NCBI GenBank assembly: GCA_964503955.1
Contig: CAZDCG010000001.1
Location: 173,804-237,803, forward strand
From: an uncultured Gammaproteobacteria bacterium
GTDB lineage: Bacteria; Patescibacteriota; Patescibacteriia; VMEV01; CAYQCH01
Length of the DNA stretch: 64,000 nt
Direction of reading: 5' to 3'
Part shown: one piece after another, positions 9,191 through 19,437 of the stretch
Layout: every line of letters begins with the position of its first letter
Position numbering within the stretch: the stretch's first letter is position 1
The notes under the pieces: generated by a model
Databases searched by the model: none
What the model saw: the letters and a program-made list of their open reading frames with translations, nothing else
Told to the model about the DNA's origin: nothing
Translations under genes and position numbers: made by a program

Positions 9191-10636
9191 CTAGGCGGCC
9201 TGGCCCTTCTTCTTCTTACCGGACTTGGAGCTCTTCTCCTCGTCCTTGCTCTTCTTCCCCTTCTTCTTGCCACCCTTCTTGGCCGGCGACTCGGAGCTCT
9301 GCTTGAGACGAACCTCCTTGCGCTGCTCCTCGAGGAACTTGTCCCAGTTGAACGAAGGGAAGTCGTTCTTCATCTGGTTGAGCAGGCGGCTCACCTTGTC
9401 CGAGTCACCCAGCTGGAGGGCCGCCCGGAGGCGATCCTTGCTCTTCTCGACGCGCGGGTCGTTCTGGGGCTTCATGCCCTCCTTGACCGGCGCGGCCTTA
9501 TTGACGGGCTGGTTGTCCTTGCCCTTGGGCATGGACTTGGCGGTCGCCAGCTTCCGGATCGCACCGAAGACCTGCGTGGCCTTGGGGTGGGTCCAGACCG
9601 GCAGCGCGTTGCGGAGGCTGGGCTCCTTGCGGGCCAGCGACTCGATGCCGGCGTAGACCTGCTGCATGAGCTCGACACACTCGATGTTGCTCGCGAAGGC
9701 CTCCTCCAGGGTCCCCCGGATATTGGCCCACGACCCCACGATGTGTTCACCCACGATCTCGCAGGCATCGATCAGCTTCGCGCGCTGCCCCACCTTGCGG
9801 TTCGGGTCCATCTTGCGCCGCAGGTTGGCCAGCGTCGTGTCCACGCGCATGGCCAGGTGCTCGCTGTTCAGCGGCTCGCGGTCCTCGTTGGCCGCGTCCC
9901 AGCCCTTGCGGTAGTGCTCGCTCTGCCGGTCCACGGACACGGAGTCCGAGAACCGGACCTGAGCGCCGAGGCACTCGATCCAGCCGAGCAGCCAGAGCCC
10001 TCGCTTGTTGCCCACGAAGAGCCGCTCGAGACGACCGTTGAGCGAGGCGTCCTTGAGGCACCCCTCGCGGTTCCCCGAGCCGCTGACGATGTGCTTGATG
10101 ATCAGCACGCTGATCACCCAGGCCTTGCGCTTGCAGTTGAGGTTCTCGCTGTCGAACACCTTCTTGGCGTTGTCGAGCGTGGTGTTGAGGTACCACGCCC
10201 TCTTGGCCTTGAGGGTCTCCAGGGTCTCCTTGGCCCTGAGGTGGATGACGCGCGAGGTCTCGCACGCCTGCGCCTCCTTGTGGACCGGCCCGCGCTCGTC
10301 CCCGTTGTTGAGGGGCGAGCACATGATCATCTGGTAGTAGGTCACGAGCGCCTTGTCCACGGCATCCTCGGAGAGGAACTTGCCCTCCCCGTCCATAAGC
10401 GGACGGACGACCTCGACCCAGGCGTCGACCACCTTGCTGATCTCCTCCTTGAAGGTCACCGCCGGCTTGGGCGCCTCCTTCTTGTTCTCCTCGACCTCGA
10501 CGGTGGCCACCGGCTCGAGGGCGGGCGGCACGGCGAGGATCTCCTCGACCGGCTCGTTCTGCACGAGGTGATCGAGCGCCTTGTTGATGGCGCGGCCGAT
10601 GGCGCGCTCGAAGCGGCTGCGGATGAGACCGATCAT
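9191..10636 (-). CDS. GC-rich hypothetical protein (481 aa) with a Lys-rich tail
   Basis: Strong G/C third-position bias. GGGGAGG SD lies just upstream of ATG 10636, and a GC hairpin follows the stop. No family recognised. Confidence 0.75.
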   Translation of the reverse strand: MIGLIRSRFERAIGRAINKALDHLVQNEPVEEILAVPPALEPVATVEVEENKKEAPKPAVTFKEEISKVVDAWVEVVRPLMDGEGKFLSEDAVDKALVTYYQMIMCSPLNNGDERGPVHKEAQACETSRVIHLRAKETLETLKAKRAWYLNTTLDNAKKVFDSENLNCKRKAWVISVLIIKHIVSGSGNREGCLKDASLNGRLERLFVGNKRGLWLLGWIECLGAQVRFSDSVSVDRQSEHYRKGWDAANEDREPLNSEHLAMRVDTTLANLRRKMDPNRKVGQRAKLIDACEIVGEHIVGSWANIRGTLEEAFASNIECVELMQQVYAGIESLARKEPSLRNALPVWTHPKATQVFGAIRKLATAKSMPKGKDNQPVNKAAPVKEGMKPQNDPRVEKSKDRLRAALQLGDSDKVSRLLNQMKNDFPSFNWDKFLEEQRKEVRLKQSSESPAKKGGKKKGKKSKDEEKSSKSGKKKKGQAA

Positions 10637-10848
10637 GAAACCTCCCCTGATGATGCCCGTTCGGGCGGTTGACGTGGGAACAAATCCCTTCTCTGTTTGG
10701 CAATGTATAAAAAGAATTTCTTCCCACGCCAACCTGATTTGTTTGTAAATGTGCGTTTTCCTCTCAGGTCACACCAGTCATGATGTAACCGATTGAGGAG
10801 AGGTGGCGCAGCTCATGGCCGCGCCACCCCCTCGTTGATCTTCCAGCC

Positions 10849-11412
10849 CTAGGCGCGCACCGCCTTGGACTGGTTGATCTTCTTGAGCATCTCGGCTGCC
10901 TTGGGGAGCCGTCCGTCGCGACTCTGGCGCTGAAGCGCGCGCCGGATCGCCTCCGCGCAGCCGCGGCAGATGATCCGCTCCTCGACCTGCGAGCGGCTGA
11001 AGCTCTCCCCCAGCTCATGGGCGTGGCGGACGAAGGCCTCGCTGAGCGAGACCTCGTTGCCGCACGGCCCGCTGTCGCGCCGCTTGCCGGTGCAGGCGTA
11101 GAGACGCTCACGCCTGCCCCCCGCGAGAACAGCGAAGGGCATGGCCTTGGTGAAGTCCTGCTCGGGCTTCTGCTCCTGAGCAGCGATGAGCTGCTTCTTG
11201 AGCACATCGAGCCCGTTGCGGCGCAGGGAGTAGGTGTCGAGGCTCTTCTTGCTCACCTCGACCGCCTCCTTCTGGACCAGAGCGAGCTTGCGTTCGGCGA
11301 CTCGGAGCAACCCGGACGCCTTCTTGAGGTCGCAAGACCTCAAGGCGCTCTCCACGCTCCTGAGCATCTGCTCATAGAGCCGCACGGAAGCCAAGAAATC
11401 ATCGAGATTCAT
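10849..11412 (-). CDS. GC-rich hypothetical protein, helical N-terminus plus a putative Zn-binding C-x9-C...CxxC
   Basis: SD GGGAGG before ATG 11412; G/C codon bias; own promoter. Confidence 0.75.
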   Translation of the reverse strand: MNLDDFLASVRLYEQMLRSVESALRSCDLKKASGLLRVAERKLALVQKEAVEVSKKSLDTYSLRRNGLDVLKKQLIAAQEQKPEQDFTKAMPFAVLAGGRRERLYACTGKRRDSGPCGNEVSLSEAFVRHAHELGESFSRSQVEERIICRGCAEAIRRALQRQSRDGRLPKAAEMLKKINQSKAVRA

Positions 11413-11463
11413 AATCGACCCTCCCAGGTCCTGGAACTTTTGGTAGTAAAAGAGCAACTCAAT

Positions 11464-11492
11464 AAAATAGCAGAAATACCGAATTTTGTCAA
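11464..11492 (-). promoter_or_regulatory. Sigma70-type promoter of the GC-rich gene pair
   Basis: TTGACA-17 nt-(TG)TATTTT on the minus strand. Confidence 0.55.
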
Positions 11493-11597
11493 GAACTCAA
11501 ACAAAAAAGCCACATTTTCAGGGACTTTTTCGTCTTTGAGATTTTTCCCATCTAGCTAATCGAGCAAGACTTGCTAACCTCACAACAACTCTCTTCC

Positions 11598-14500
11598 TCA
11601 GACAAGCTCATTCTCCCCCCATTTCAGATAGAGCATCGGAACAACCGCCAAGGTAAGAACGGTCGCAAAGGTCAGACCAAAAATCATGGACGCGCCAAGT
11701 CCGCGCCAGATCGGGTCGGAAATAGCCAGCGGCGCAATACCCGCTACGGTCGTAACCGTCGTTAAGAGAACCGGCTGCAGGCGTGATCTGCCGGCATGAA
11801 CAATGGCTTCGAATTTCTCCATCCCCTCTTTACGGTTTCGATTGATTTTATCAATGAGAATAATCGCGTCATTTACCACGACTCCGGATAAAGCGACAAT
11901 TCCAATAAAGGCCGGGAAACTCAGTGCCTGCCCCGTCAGCAAGAGACCGAAGAAGACACCGATAAGCGCCATCGGCAGACTCAGCAAGATGAAGAACGGC
12001 TGGCGATACGAGTTGAACTGCAGCAGCAAAATCGCGGCAATCAGGAAAATACCGATCAGCAATGCTCTGAAGAGGTCGCGGAATGATTCTGCCACGTCTT
12101 CAGCTTCGCCGCCCATCTTTATGGTATAACCGGGCATGAGATCAAGCTCAGACTGTCGCTTGGCAAATTGCGCGAATACTTCGCCGGCGGTTGTGCCGCT
12201 TACCTGCGCGCTGGCTTTTGCCACGCGTTCTCCGTCTTCATGCGGGATGGAACTTCTTGCAGGCGCGAGCTGCACGTCAACGAAGGACGCGAGTTTCACC
12301 GCCTGCCCGCCGATTGCCACCTCCATCTGCTCAAGCTCATTGATGGTCGTGGAAATGCGTTCGTCAACATCGGCGGCCGAAGGGTTCAATGCCTGGGTAA
12401 CAATCACGTCCAGGTCATCGCCTTCGAAGCGGAACTCAGCCGCTTCGGTTCCTGTCACAGCCGTACGCAATACCTGTCCGATCTGGGCAGGCGTCAGACC
12501 GTATGAGAGCGCCTGATCGCGGTTGACAGTCAGCACGAATTCAAATGAAGCGTCGCGCAGAGATGTAGACACTTCAGCCGTTCCAGGAATTTCTTGCAGC
12601 ATCGTTTCCGATTGCAGAGCAAGACGCTCAAGCTCGGCCAGATCAGGTCCCGCAAAGGTGATGGAAACCGGCGCGCCGGACGGAGGACCGGATGCCAGCT
12701 GGGTAACGGAAATATCCGCCCCGCTGATGAAAGACAAGCGGTCGCGGTATTCGTTTACGATTTCAGGCGTTGCCTGCTCGCGATCTTCTTTGAGGTTGAC
12801 CGTAAAACTTGCAAGATGCGTGCCGCTTCCTCCCCCGTCTTCTGAAAACGCATTGCCAGCCCCAACATTGACATAGAACGATTCAATGCGTTCATCCGTG
12901 TAAAGCTCCTCTTCAACCTGGCGGACAATACGATCGGTAGCCGTAAGCGAAGTGCCAAGCGGAGTTTCGATGTCGACATAGAAGAAGTCGGCATCCGCTT
13001 CAGGAAACATAATCACCTTGAGCATGCCGGTCATGGGAAGCGCAAGCGCAAGGATAAAGCCGATCACGACTGAACGGCCGAAACGTTTGCGGCGCTTTGG
13101 ATCTGAAAGCAGCGTTCTCAGTTTGGATTCATACCAGACATGCAGCCGCTCCATAGCCGGATCCATGTAGTGCTTCTTCAGAAGCTCCGCCCTGCTCACC
13201 TTCCCATGCTTGAGAAAGCGTGTGGCAAGCAAAGGCATAATCCCCAGAGCCGTAAATAATGATCCGAATAGCACGAGGTTAACGGTAATCGGAATATGTT
13301 TGACAAATTCCCCCATGATGCCGCTCATAAAGAGCATAGGCACAAAGGCGGCTACGGTCGTTAATGTCCCTGAAATCAACGGCATTTCAAATTCATTGAG
13401 CGTGCGCTTAGCCGCTTCCATGGGAGTCATGCCAAGCTTGAGATTTTCATGCATCCCTTCGGTAATAACAATACCGTTATCCACCACGATGCCAAGCGCC
13501 AGAATCAGGGAAAACAGCGAAAGGAAATTAATGCTTGAACCGAAATACTCAAGGCCGATAAATCCGATCAGAAAAGTAAATGGAACACTCAAGCCGGCAA
13601 GCAGCCCTTCTTTCAACCCAAGAAACAGGAAGAGCAATGCGCCGATCAGCACAATGGTTGAAAGCCCGTTGCTTGTCAGATCGCTCAGCGATTTTTGTAC
13701 TTCCTCAGCCGCGTCAAAGGTGATAATGGAAGAAGCTTCCGGGTAGGAATTGGTTTTCAGATCTTCAATAACCTGCTTGGCCTGATCCGCGATTTTGGTA
13801 ATGTCTCCACCGGTTTTCTTTTTCACGGCAAGCGAGATCGCATTGCTTGATGGTTCGCCGTTTACGCTCACGCGCGAAAATGTGCTTGAAGGAGACAAAC
13901 CAAGCGAAACGTCCGCCACATCGCGGAGGTAAACCGTGGCGCCATTCAGCTGCTTGATCGGAATCTGCGCGAACTCATCAGGCTGCTTTATTTCCGCATC
14001 CAGACGCACGGTATAACGGATATCGTCCGATCGGATCGCGCCGATCGGAAAGGTCAAATGCGTTGAACGCAGGGCGGACACAAGCTCATTGAGCGAGACT
14101 TGATACTGGTCAAGCCTGCTTTTATCCACGTTAATAAGCACTTCCTGCCCGCGCACGCCGGCAATGGTTACTTCTGAAACATTGGGAATCGCTTCAAGCG
14201 CGTCCTGCGCTTCTTCAGACATTTTCTTCAATGCGAATTCAGAGAGATCCGCGGAAAGCGCGAAAACGATAATCGGCTGGTCTGAAAAACTGACTTCCTG
14301 CACAATGGGATCTTGGGCATCCGCGGGCAAGCGGCTTTCCGCGGTGGCAACCACGTCGCGCAAGGCGCGGATCCGGTCATCAATGTCTGCTTTGGCGTTA
14401 AAGGTCACGACTATCGACGAGATTCCTTCGCTTGATGTGGACGTAAATGTGTCCATTTCCTCAAGACCATCGATCGCGTCTTCAAGCTCATCGGTCACAA

Positions 14501-14687
14501 GGCGCTCCACGTCCAATGCGCTCGCTCCCGGGTAAACCGTCGTAACCACGCCAATCGGAATTTTCACTTCCGGATTCGCTTCGCGCGGCAGCGTGAACAT
14601 GGCAAAGAATCCAGCCAAAGTGATCGCAGCAATAATCAAATACGTGAAACGGAATCGTTCCAGAAGAAAATGCCAAACACGAATCAT
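11598..14687 (-). CDS. RND efflux transporter permease (AcrB/AcrD/AcrF family)
   Basis: YPGASALDVE, ALGIVVDNGIV, TLTTVAAFVP, GVVVNDAII, SRLQPVLLTT. Confidence 0.96.
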   Translation of the reverse strand: MIRVWHFLLERFRFTYLIIAAITLAGFFAMFTLPREANPEVKIPIGVVTTVYPGASALDVERLVTDELEDAIDGLEEMDTFTSTSSEGISSIVVTFNAKADIDDRIRALRDVVATAESRLPADAQDPIVQEVSFSDQPIIVFALSADLSEFALKKMSEEAQDALEAIPNVSEVTIAGVRGQEVLINVDKSRLDQYQVSLNELVSALRSTHLTFPIGAIRSDDIRYTVRLDAEIKQPDEFAQIPIKQLNGATVYLRDVADVSLGLSPSSTFSRVSVNGEPSSNAISLAVKKKTGGDITKIADQAKQVIEDLKTNSYPEASSIITFDAAEEVQKSLSDLTSNGLSTIVLIGALLFLFLGLKEGLLAGLSVPFTFLIGFIGLEYFGSSINFLSLFSLILALGIVVDNGIVITEGMHENLKLGMTPMEAAKRTLNEFEMPLISGTLTTVAAFVPMLFMSGIMGEFVKHIPITVNLVLFGSLFTALGIMPLLATRFLKHGKVSRAELLKKHYMDPAMERLHVWYESKLRTLLSDPKRRKRFGRSVVIGFILALALPMTGMLKVIMFPEADADFFYVDIETPLGTSLTATDRIVRQVEEELYTDERIESFYVNVGAGNAFSEDGGGSGTHLASFTVNLKEDREQATPEIVNEYRDRLSFISGADISVTQLASGPPSGAPVSITFAGPDLAELERLALQSETMLQEIPGTAEVSTSLRDASFEFVLTVNRDQALSYGLTPAQIGQVLRTAVTGTEAAEFRFEGDDLDVIVTQALNPSAADVDERISTTINELEQMEVAIGGQAVKLASFVDVQLAPARSSIPHEDGERVAKASAQVSGTTAGEVFAQFAKRQSELDLMPGYTIKMGGEAEDVAESFRDLFRALLIGIFLIAAILLLQFNSYRQPFFILLSLPMALIGVFFGLLLTGQALSFPAFIGIVALSGVVVNDAIILIDKINRNRKEGMEKFEAIVHAGRSRLQPVLLTTVTTVAGIAPLAISDPIWRGLGASMIFGLTFATVLTLAVVPMLYLKWGENELV

Positions 14688-14691
14688 ACGG

Positions 14692-16512
14692 TTATCTGAT
14701 CTCAACGGCCTGGCCGCCGCGCAAACCGCGCGCATCCTTAACAATAAGCGTTTCCTGCTCAAACGGAGTCATGACTTCAACGTAATTTCCGCTCACTTCT
14801 CCCACCTGTACTTCCTGTTCCACCAGCACGCCTTCCACAATGCGGTAGACCAGCGCGTTTTCCTCGCGCAGCTTGACCGCGGAAAGAGGAAGCAATGTGA
14901 CGCCACCTTCGGCGGCCTTCTTTGAGAGTTCAACAGAAACGGACTGCCCCAACGTCAACGGAGTTTCCTGTGACGCGATAGCGACCATGACTTTGATTTT
15001 CTTTGTCGTTGGTTCAAGTGCGGGGGAAATTTCAGAAACCGTGCCTTCAATCGCTTCGTCGATCAATGCCTTCCCGCCAACTTCAATGAATAAGCGTTCA
15101 CGTTCAGTCACAAAGGTTTCGACTTCCATCCCGCCCTGATTTGCCAGGGAAACTACGATGGTCGTACCGCCGACCACATCACCGATCTTTGCGTCCAAAA
15201 ACATGACGCGGCCGGCAATCGGAGCGCGCACAATGGCCTTATCGCGGTTTGCCGCAGCAAGCGCCAGCGAAGCGCGCGCCTGAGCGACAGATGCTTCCTG
15301 CAATCGGACATCTTCCGGACGCGCGCCGTTTTTCGCGATCAGCAGCTGCTGCTCCGCCTGGCGGACACGCGCTTCCTGAATGGCAATTTGTTCAGGCGTA
15401 GGTCCATTTTTGACAATCTGAAGCTGCTCTTTGGATTTCGCCAAAGCGGTTTGCGCCGATTCAAGCGCCTTTTCATTAGAAAGCTTTACGGACGCAATTG
15501 ACTGCTTTTGCGCGATCAACGCGTCCGTACTCGATTTCACGGTCGTGCGAGCGGCATGCACCGTGGCAATTGCCGTCGTAATATCTGAACTTGAAAAACT
15601 TGGAGTTGCGACAGCATCCTGCAAGGCAAGCAGAGTCGTGTCCAGGAATCGAAGGAAGTCATTGGTTATGGACAAAGCTTCATCAATAGCGCGCAGAGTC
15701 TCGTCTTCCGTGCCTGTTTGCGGCGCGGCCTGTCTCCACGCCGCTAATGCGGAACCGATGGTGCGGCGGGCCGCATTCACCTGATTTTCAAGAATGACGT
15801 CAGCCATGGCCGGCTTGAACGTGTCCTGATTGGCATCGTCAAAAATACTCAGCAAATTCTGTTCAAGCAGGCTATCAAGCGAAAATTGCGTGCTGAGAAT
15901 CAGCTGACCGGTATTTTCAAACTGATTAGAAAGATTGATCTGGTTCTGCTGAATGGTCTGGTCGAAGGTTGCCTGCGCGTTTTGCACGGTCAATTCCGCC
16001 TGAGCAAGATCTTCAGGGCGGGCACCCTTCTGCAGTTCAAGCAGCTGCTGTTTGGCCGATTCAAGATTCTGCTCCGCGATAATCACGTCTTCAGGGCGAG
16101 AACCGTTTTTCATTTTGGCAAGCGCGGCCAAAGCGCTCTGCACACCGGCGGAAGCCTGCGCCACAGCAGCGTCCAGATCACGGTGATTAAGCTCAACCAG
16201 AATCTGGCCGGGCTGAACGAGCTGGTTTAATGATACGCGCACGGCCGCAACCTGCCCTCCGATCTGAGGACGTAAATCAATCTGATCGTTTGCCTGGACC
16301 GTCCCGGTTACAGGAATCGTCCCTCCGTCGCTTGAAAGATCGGTGATCGCAAGCGCCTCAACGCGTTTGGCGGATGTTTGAGCACTGGTTTCTGTCTCGC
16401 CTTTGCGAGCCATTGCTGAACCCACAAACAAGAGAAGGATGACTGCCACAAGAAGCGCGATGATTCGTTTCTTTGAAAGCTTTGAGCGGATCTTTTCAAC
16501 GATGCTATTCAT
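14692..16512 (-). CDS. RND efflux periplasmic adaptor (HlyD/MFP) with a long coiled-coil hairpin
   Basis: N-terminal anchor, lipoyl halves (GGQVAAVRV..GQILVEL; VRAPIAG), repeated GARPED motifs. Confidence 0.92.
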   Translation of the reverse strand: MNSIVEKIRSKLSKKRIIALLVAVILLLFVGSAMARKGETETSAQTSAKRVEALAITDLSSDGGTIPVTGTVQANDQIDLRPQIGGQVAAVRVSLNQLVQPGQILVELNHRDLDAAVAQASAGVQSALAALAKMKNGSRPEDVIIAEQNLESAKQQLLELQKGARPEDLAQAELTVQNAQATFDQTIQQNQINLSNQFENTGQLILSTQFSLDSLLEQNLLSIFDDANQDTFKPAMADVILENQVNAARRTIGSALAAWRQAAPQTGTEDETLRAIDEALSITNDFLRFLDTTLLALQDAVATPSFSSSDITTAIATVHAARTTVKSSTDALIAQKQSIASVKLSNEKALESAQTALAKSKEQLQIVKNGPTPEQIAIQEARVRQAEQQLLIAKNGARPEDVRLQEASVAQARASLALAAANRDKAIVRAPIAGRVMFLDAKIGDVVGGTTIVVSLANQGGMEVETFVTERERLFIEVGGKALIDEAIEGTVSEISPALEPTTKKIKVMVAIASQETPLTLGQSVSVELSKKAAEGGVTLLPLSAVKLREENALVYRIVEGVLVEQEVQVGEVSGNYVEVMTPFEQETLIVKDARGLRGGQAVEIR

Positions 16513-16519
16513 AGCGTAA

Positions 16520-16939
16520 TTACTGATTACTCAATTTGGTCAGAAGTTCAATGAATTGTTTTTGTTCTTTTTCGTTGAGAATCGACATGTACTGGGCAAG
16601 GCGCTTGCGCTCTTTCTGATGGTGGGATCGCCAATGGGCCTGTTTCTTCTCGCTGAGTTGAATATAAATCTTTCTTCGGTCATTTTCATCCGCTATTCGC
16701 GTCAGCCATCCTTGTTTTACAAGCCTGTTCACAAGACTCGTAGCCGAAGCAGGGGTAATGTGCAAGCTTTGAGCGATTTGAGCCATGGAAAGCGGACCAT
16801 GAACATACACGGTCTTTAAAAGGCGGATTTGCGCAATCGACAAAACCGATTCTTCATGAGAAAAGACGCAAACCCGCTTGCGGATCTGCTCTCCCACGGC
16901 CTCAATGAGTTCCATGAGATGGTCAATATGCGTAGACAT
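16520..16939 (-). CDS. MarR family regulator
   Basis: LSMAQIAQSLHITPASATSLVNRLVKQGW...DRR. Confidence 0.93.
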   Translation of the reverse strand: MSTHIDHLMELIEAVGEQIRKRVCVFSHEESVLSIAQIRLLKTVYVHGPLSMAQIAQSLHITPASATSLVNRLVKQGWLTRIADENDRRKIYIQLSEKKQAHWRSHHQKERKRLAQYMSILNEKEQKQFIELLTKLSNQ

Positions 16940-16946
16940 GCAATTT

Positions 16947-16989
16947 TAATTAGATCGTCTAATTATACGCATCTCTAAGAAAAAGTCAA
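16947..16989 (-). promoter_or_regulatory. Promoter and likely MarR operator of the efflux operon
   Basis: TTGACT-16-TATAAT, with inverted repeat TAATTAGA-tcg-TCTAATTA (16947-16965) overlapping the -10/+1. Confidence 0.7.
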
Positions 16990-17174
16990 GCGAAAAAAAA
17001 GAAAAGAATAAAAACGAGAAACCCGCCCTAAAACCTATGACGAGTTTTCAAAAGGAAAAAATCTGAAAAGCGCAAAAACTGAAAAACCGTAACGGCATTT
17101 TCCTTAACGGTTTCGCCCCCTCGCCTGCAACTCGTTAACCCGTTAACACATGAACATCAAAAACAATATGCCCC

Positions 17175-18125
17175 CTAAACCTCAATCCCCCAAATGCCTT
17201 TGACGGCGCTGCCGATAAGATAGGTAACGCTTACCGCGGCAACCATGAGAAGAACATTGATACCAATCCGGCGGCGGATCCGCATACCGGAAAAGAATGC
17301 CAGGATATACGACACAACTGAAGTCACGATCATTCCCGCTACGATTGAATACCAAACACTTTGCGCGCCAAAAAGAATGGGGACAACAGGAACCGCTGCG
17401 CCGCAAAGATATGCCCCGCCCACAAGCAAAGCCGCAGAAAATGGAGAGGATTGCTCCTCCGCCGGGGCCGTCTCCCCAAGAAACTGTTTCTTCCCCTGTT
17501 CAAGGTTTTGTACTTCGCGCTCGGATTCCGTTGCAGCAAAGGCGCCAGCCGCCATGGAAAAAGCTCCGGCCACGGCAACCGTGGTACCAGCAATCAGAAT
17601 GGAAGGGATATGCGCGAATGCGGCAAAGAACCCGCCGATCGCGCCGGTAATTTCAACAAGGCCGTCATTAAAACCGAGAAAAAAGTTGCGAATCCGTTCC
17701 GGATGCACCTGTTGCTGAATCAGGCCGGACACAATCTGATCTTCATGTTCGAATTCTTCGCGCAGAATTTCATCAAGCGCCTGGCGCATTTCAGGATCAT
17801 CTTTATAGTGCTCCCAAATGCGCAAATATTTTTTGATACCGTACACTTCAATACCCTCAAGAATGAGATGGATCGCCCGAACACCAAAGAGTCGGCAGAA
17901 GAAGGACAAAACAGCAAGCTTGACACGCTTGCCCGCAGGGAGTTCATTGATCTGCAAATGAAAAAAATTCTGCCAGATCGCGACGTGCTTGGTTTCAACG
18001 GCAACAAGGTGCTCAAGCGTCTCCTTTGTCTGGCCTTTGGCATGGCGCAATAGGGTCTGATACAACGAGAGATCAAAGAGCTCGTCAATGATGAGAGAAC
18101 GTTTAAGATCCAGAGGATATTCCAT
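17175..18125 (-). CDS. Ferritin/rubrerythrin-like domain plus VIT1/CCC1 transporter
   Basis: ETKH and EFEHE ExxH motifs; LGFNDGLVE and AGAFSMAAG VIT1 motifs. Confidence 0.9.
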   Translation of the reverse strand: MEYPLDLKRSLIIDELFDLSLYQTLLRHAKGQTKETLEHLVAVETKHVAIWQNFFHLQINELPAGKRVKLAVLSFFCRLFGVRAIHLILEGIEVYGIKKYLRIWEHYKDDPEMRQALDEILREEFEHEDQIVSGLIQQQVHPERIRNFFLGFNDGLVEITGAIGGFFAAFAHIPSILIAGTTVAVAGAFSMAAGAFAATESEREVQNLEQGKKQFLGETAPAEEQSSPFSAALLVGGAYLCGAAVPVVPILFGAQSVWYSIVAGMIVTSVVSYILAFFSGMRIRRRIGINVLLMVAAVSVTYLIGSAVKGIWGIEV

Positions 18126-18134
18126 AGATTGTGT

Positions 18135-18692
18135 TTAATGGCCTTTGACTGGCGGGAGGCAAACCATCGGCTCATTGATTTTTTTCGCGAGTGAATAAAT
18201 GGAAAGCAGGATAAGGGCATTCCCAATGAAGAGGAACTCCGCTCCCCTCAATGGCAGAAAAGCGAGAAAGGCACCGGCTGCCGTCACCCCAAGAAGCGAT
18301 GAAAGCAGAAAGGTACCGCATGCTCCGCAGCCGAGCCCAAACATCCCGATCAGCATGCCAAGCAGCCCGGCTCCCCCAGCTTTTTGAATGGCGGCCCGCT
18401 TTCTGATATGTTGCAGGAGCATGGACAGGTAAATAGAAAGCAGGAAAACACCAAGAATCACCAGCACCTGTTGCAATGGCGTATACCCGACGCGGAATAG
18501 AAACAGCGCATCAATAAACACCGACCATTTGGCTTCACGATTGAGAATCGGAGAAAGAAAAGCATTTTCAAGCGTGGCCAGGCTTGGAATAAGCGCCGCC
18601 ACGAAGAGCAAAACCACGGCCAGCACGCATGAAATCAAAAGATACCTTTTTTTCCCGTAGACTGTCCGCAAAGCTTTAAACATTTCCTTCAT
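18135..18692 (-). CDS. Membrane protein with an intramembrane GCGAC motif
   Basis: Four hydrophobic segments, GLGCGACG and a C-terminal VC. Confidence 0.75.
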   Translation of the reverse strand: MKEMFKALRTVYGKKRYLLISCVLAVVLLFVAALIPSLATLENAFLSPILNREAKWSVFIDALFLFRVGYTPLQQVLVILGVFLLSIYLSMLLQHIRKRAAIQKAGGAGLLGMLIGMFGLGCGACGTFLLSSLLGVTAAGAFLAFLPLRGAEFLFIGNALILLSIYSLAKKINEPMVCLPPVKGH

Positions 18693-18771
18693 AGCCTAAC
18701 AATGAAAAGAAGCAGAACCGCCGCTCTGCCCCTGCATCAGTATAACCTCGCTTCTCTTTGACCACAAGCAT

Positions 18772-19437
18772 ATGCTCAGCCAGGCCAAAATCAAACAGAT
18801 CAAACAACTACACCACAAAAGAGGCCGCCAGGAACACGGCCTCTGTCTTGTGGAAGGAGAGAAGCTCGTGTCTGAGCTTCAAGACAAACTACTGTACACT
18901 TTTACACCGGCGGATACCGAGGTCTTTCATGAACTCGTCACCACAACTACCCCGCAGCAAATCGCCGGTGTGGCCAAGATTCCCGAATGGAGTCTTGATG
19001 ACGTGCAAAGCCGCAATCGCATTGTGCTCTTAGACGGCGTGCAGGATCCAGGAAACGTAGGAGCGATCGCCAGACTTTGCCAGGCATTCGCCGCGTCCAT
19101 GATTCTTGTCAACGCGGCTGACATGGCAAGCCCTAAGGTCATCCGCTCTTCAGCCGGCGCGGTCTTTCACATTCCCTGGAGAGAATTGACTCCAACAGCA
19201 GCTGAAGACTTCGTAAAAAATTCCGAAAAATCTGTTTATAGGATGGAGCAGCAAACCGACGCAATACCTTATGCGCGGGCGGATCTGCATTCATGCATCC
19301 TTATTGCCGGCTCGGAAGGAAGAGGCATTTCCTTGAACACGGATTCACCTTCTTTGTTTATTCCGCATGAAAAAAGCCTGGAATCACTGAATGTTGCTCA
19401 GGCGGTTGGCATCGTGCTTGCGCGCGCATACAGTTAA
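18772..19437 (+). CDS. TrmH/SpoU family RNA methyltransferase
   Basis: LDGVQDPGNVGAIAR, GSEGRG, ESLNVAQA. Confidence 0.93.
   Translation: MLSQAKIKQIKQLHHKRGRQEHGLCLVEGEKLVSELQDKLLYTFTPADTEVFHELVTTTTPQQIAGVAKIPEWSLDDVQSRNRIVLLDGVQDPGNVGAIARLCQAFAASMILVNAADMASPKVIRSSAGAVFHIPWRELTPTAAEDFVKNSEKSVYRMEQQTDAIPYARADLHSCILIAGSEGRGISLNTDSPSLFIPHEKSLESLNVAQAVGIVLARAYS

Noticed and set aside
8984-10727. 562-aa + strand ORF and 326-aa alternative-frame ORF
   Set aside because: These are shadows of the GC3-biased minus-strand gene 9191-10636, which has the SD site and a natural composition.
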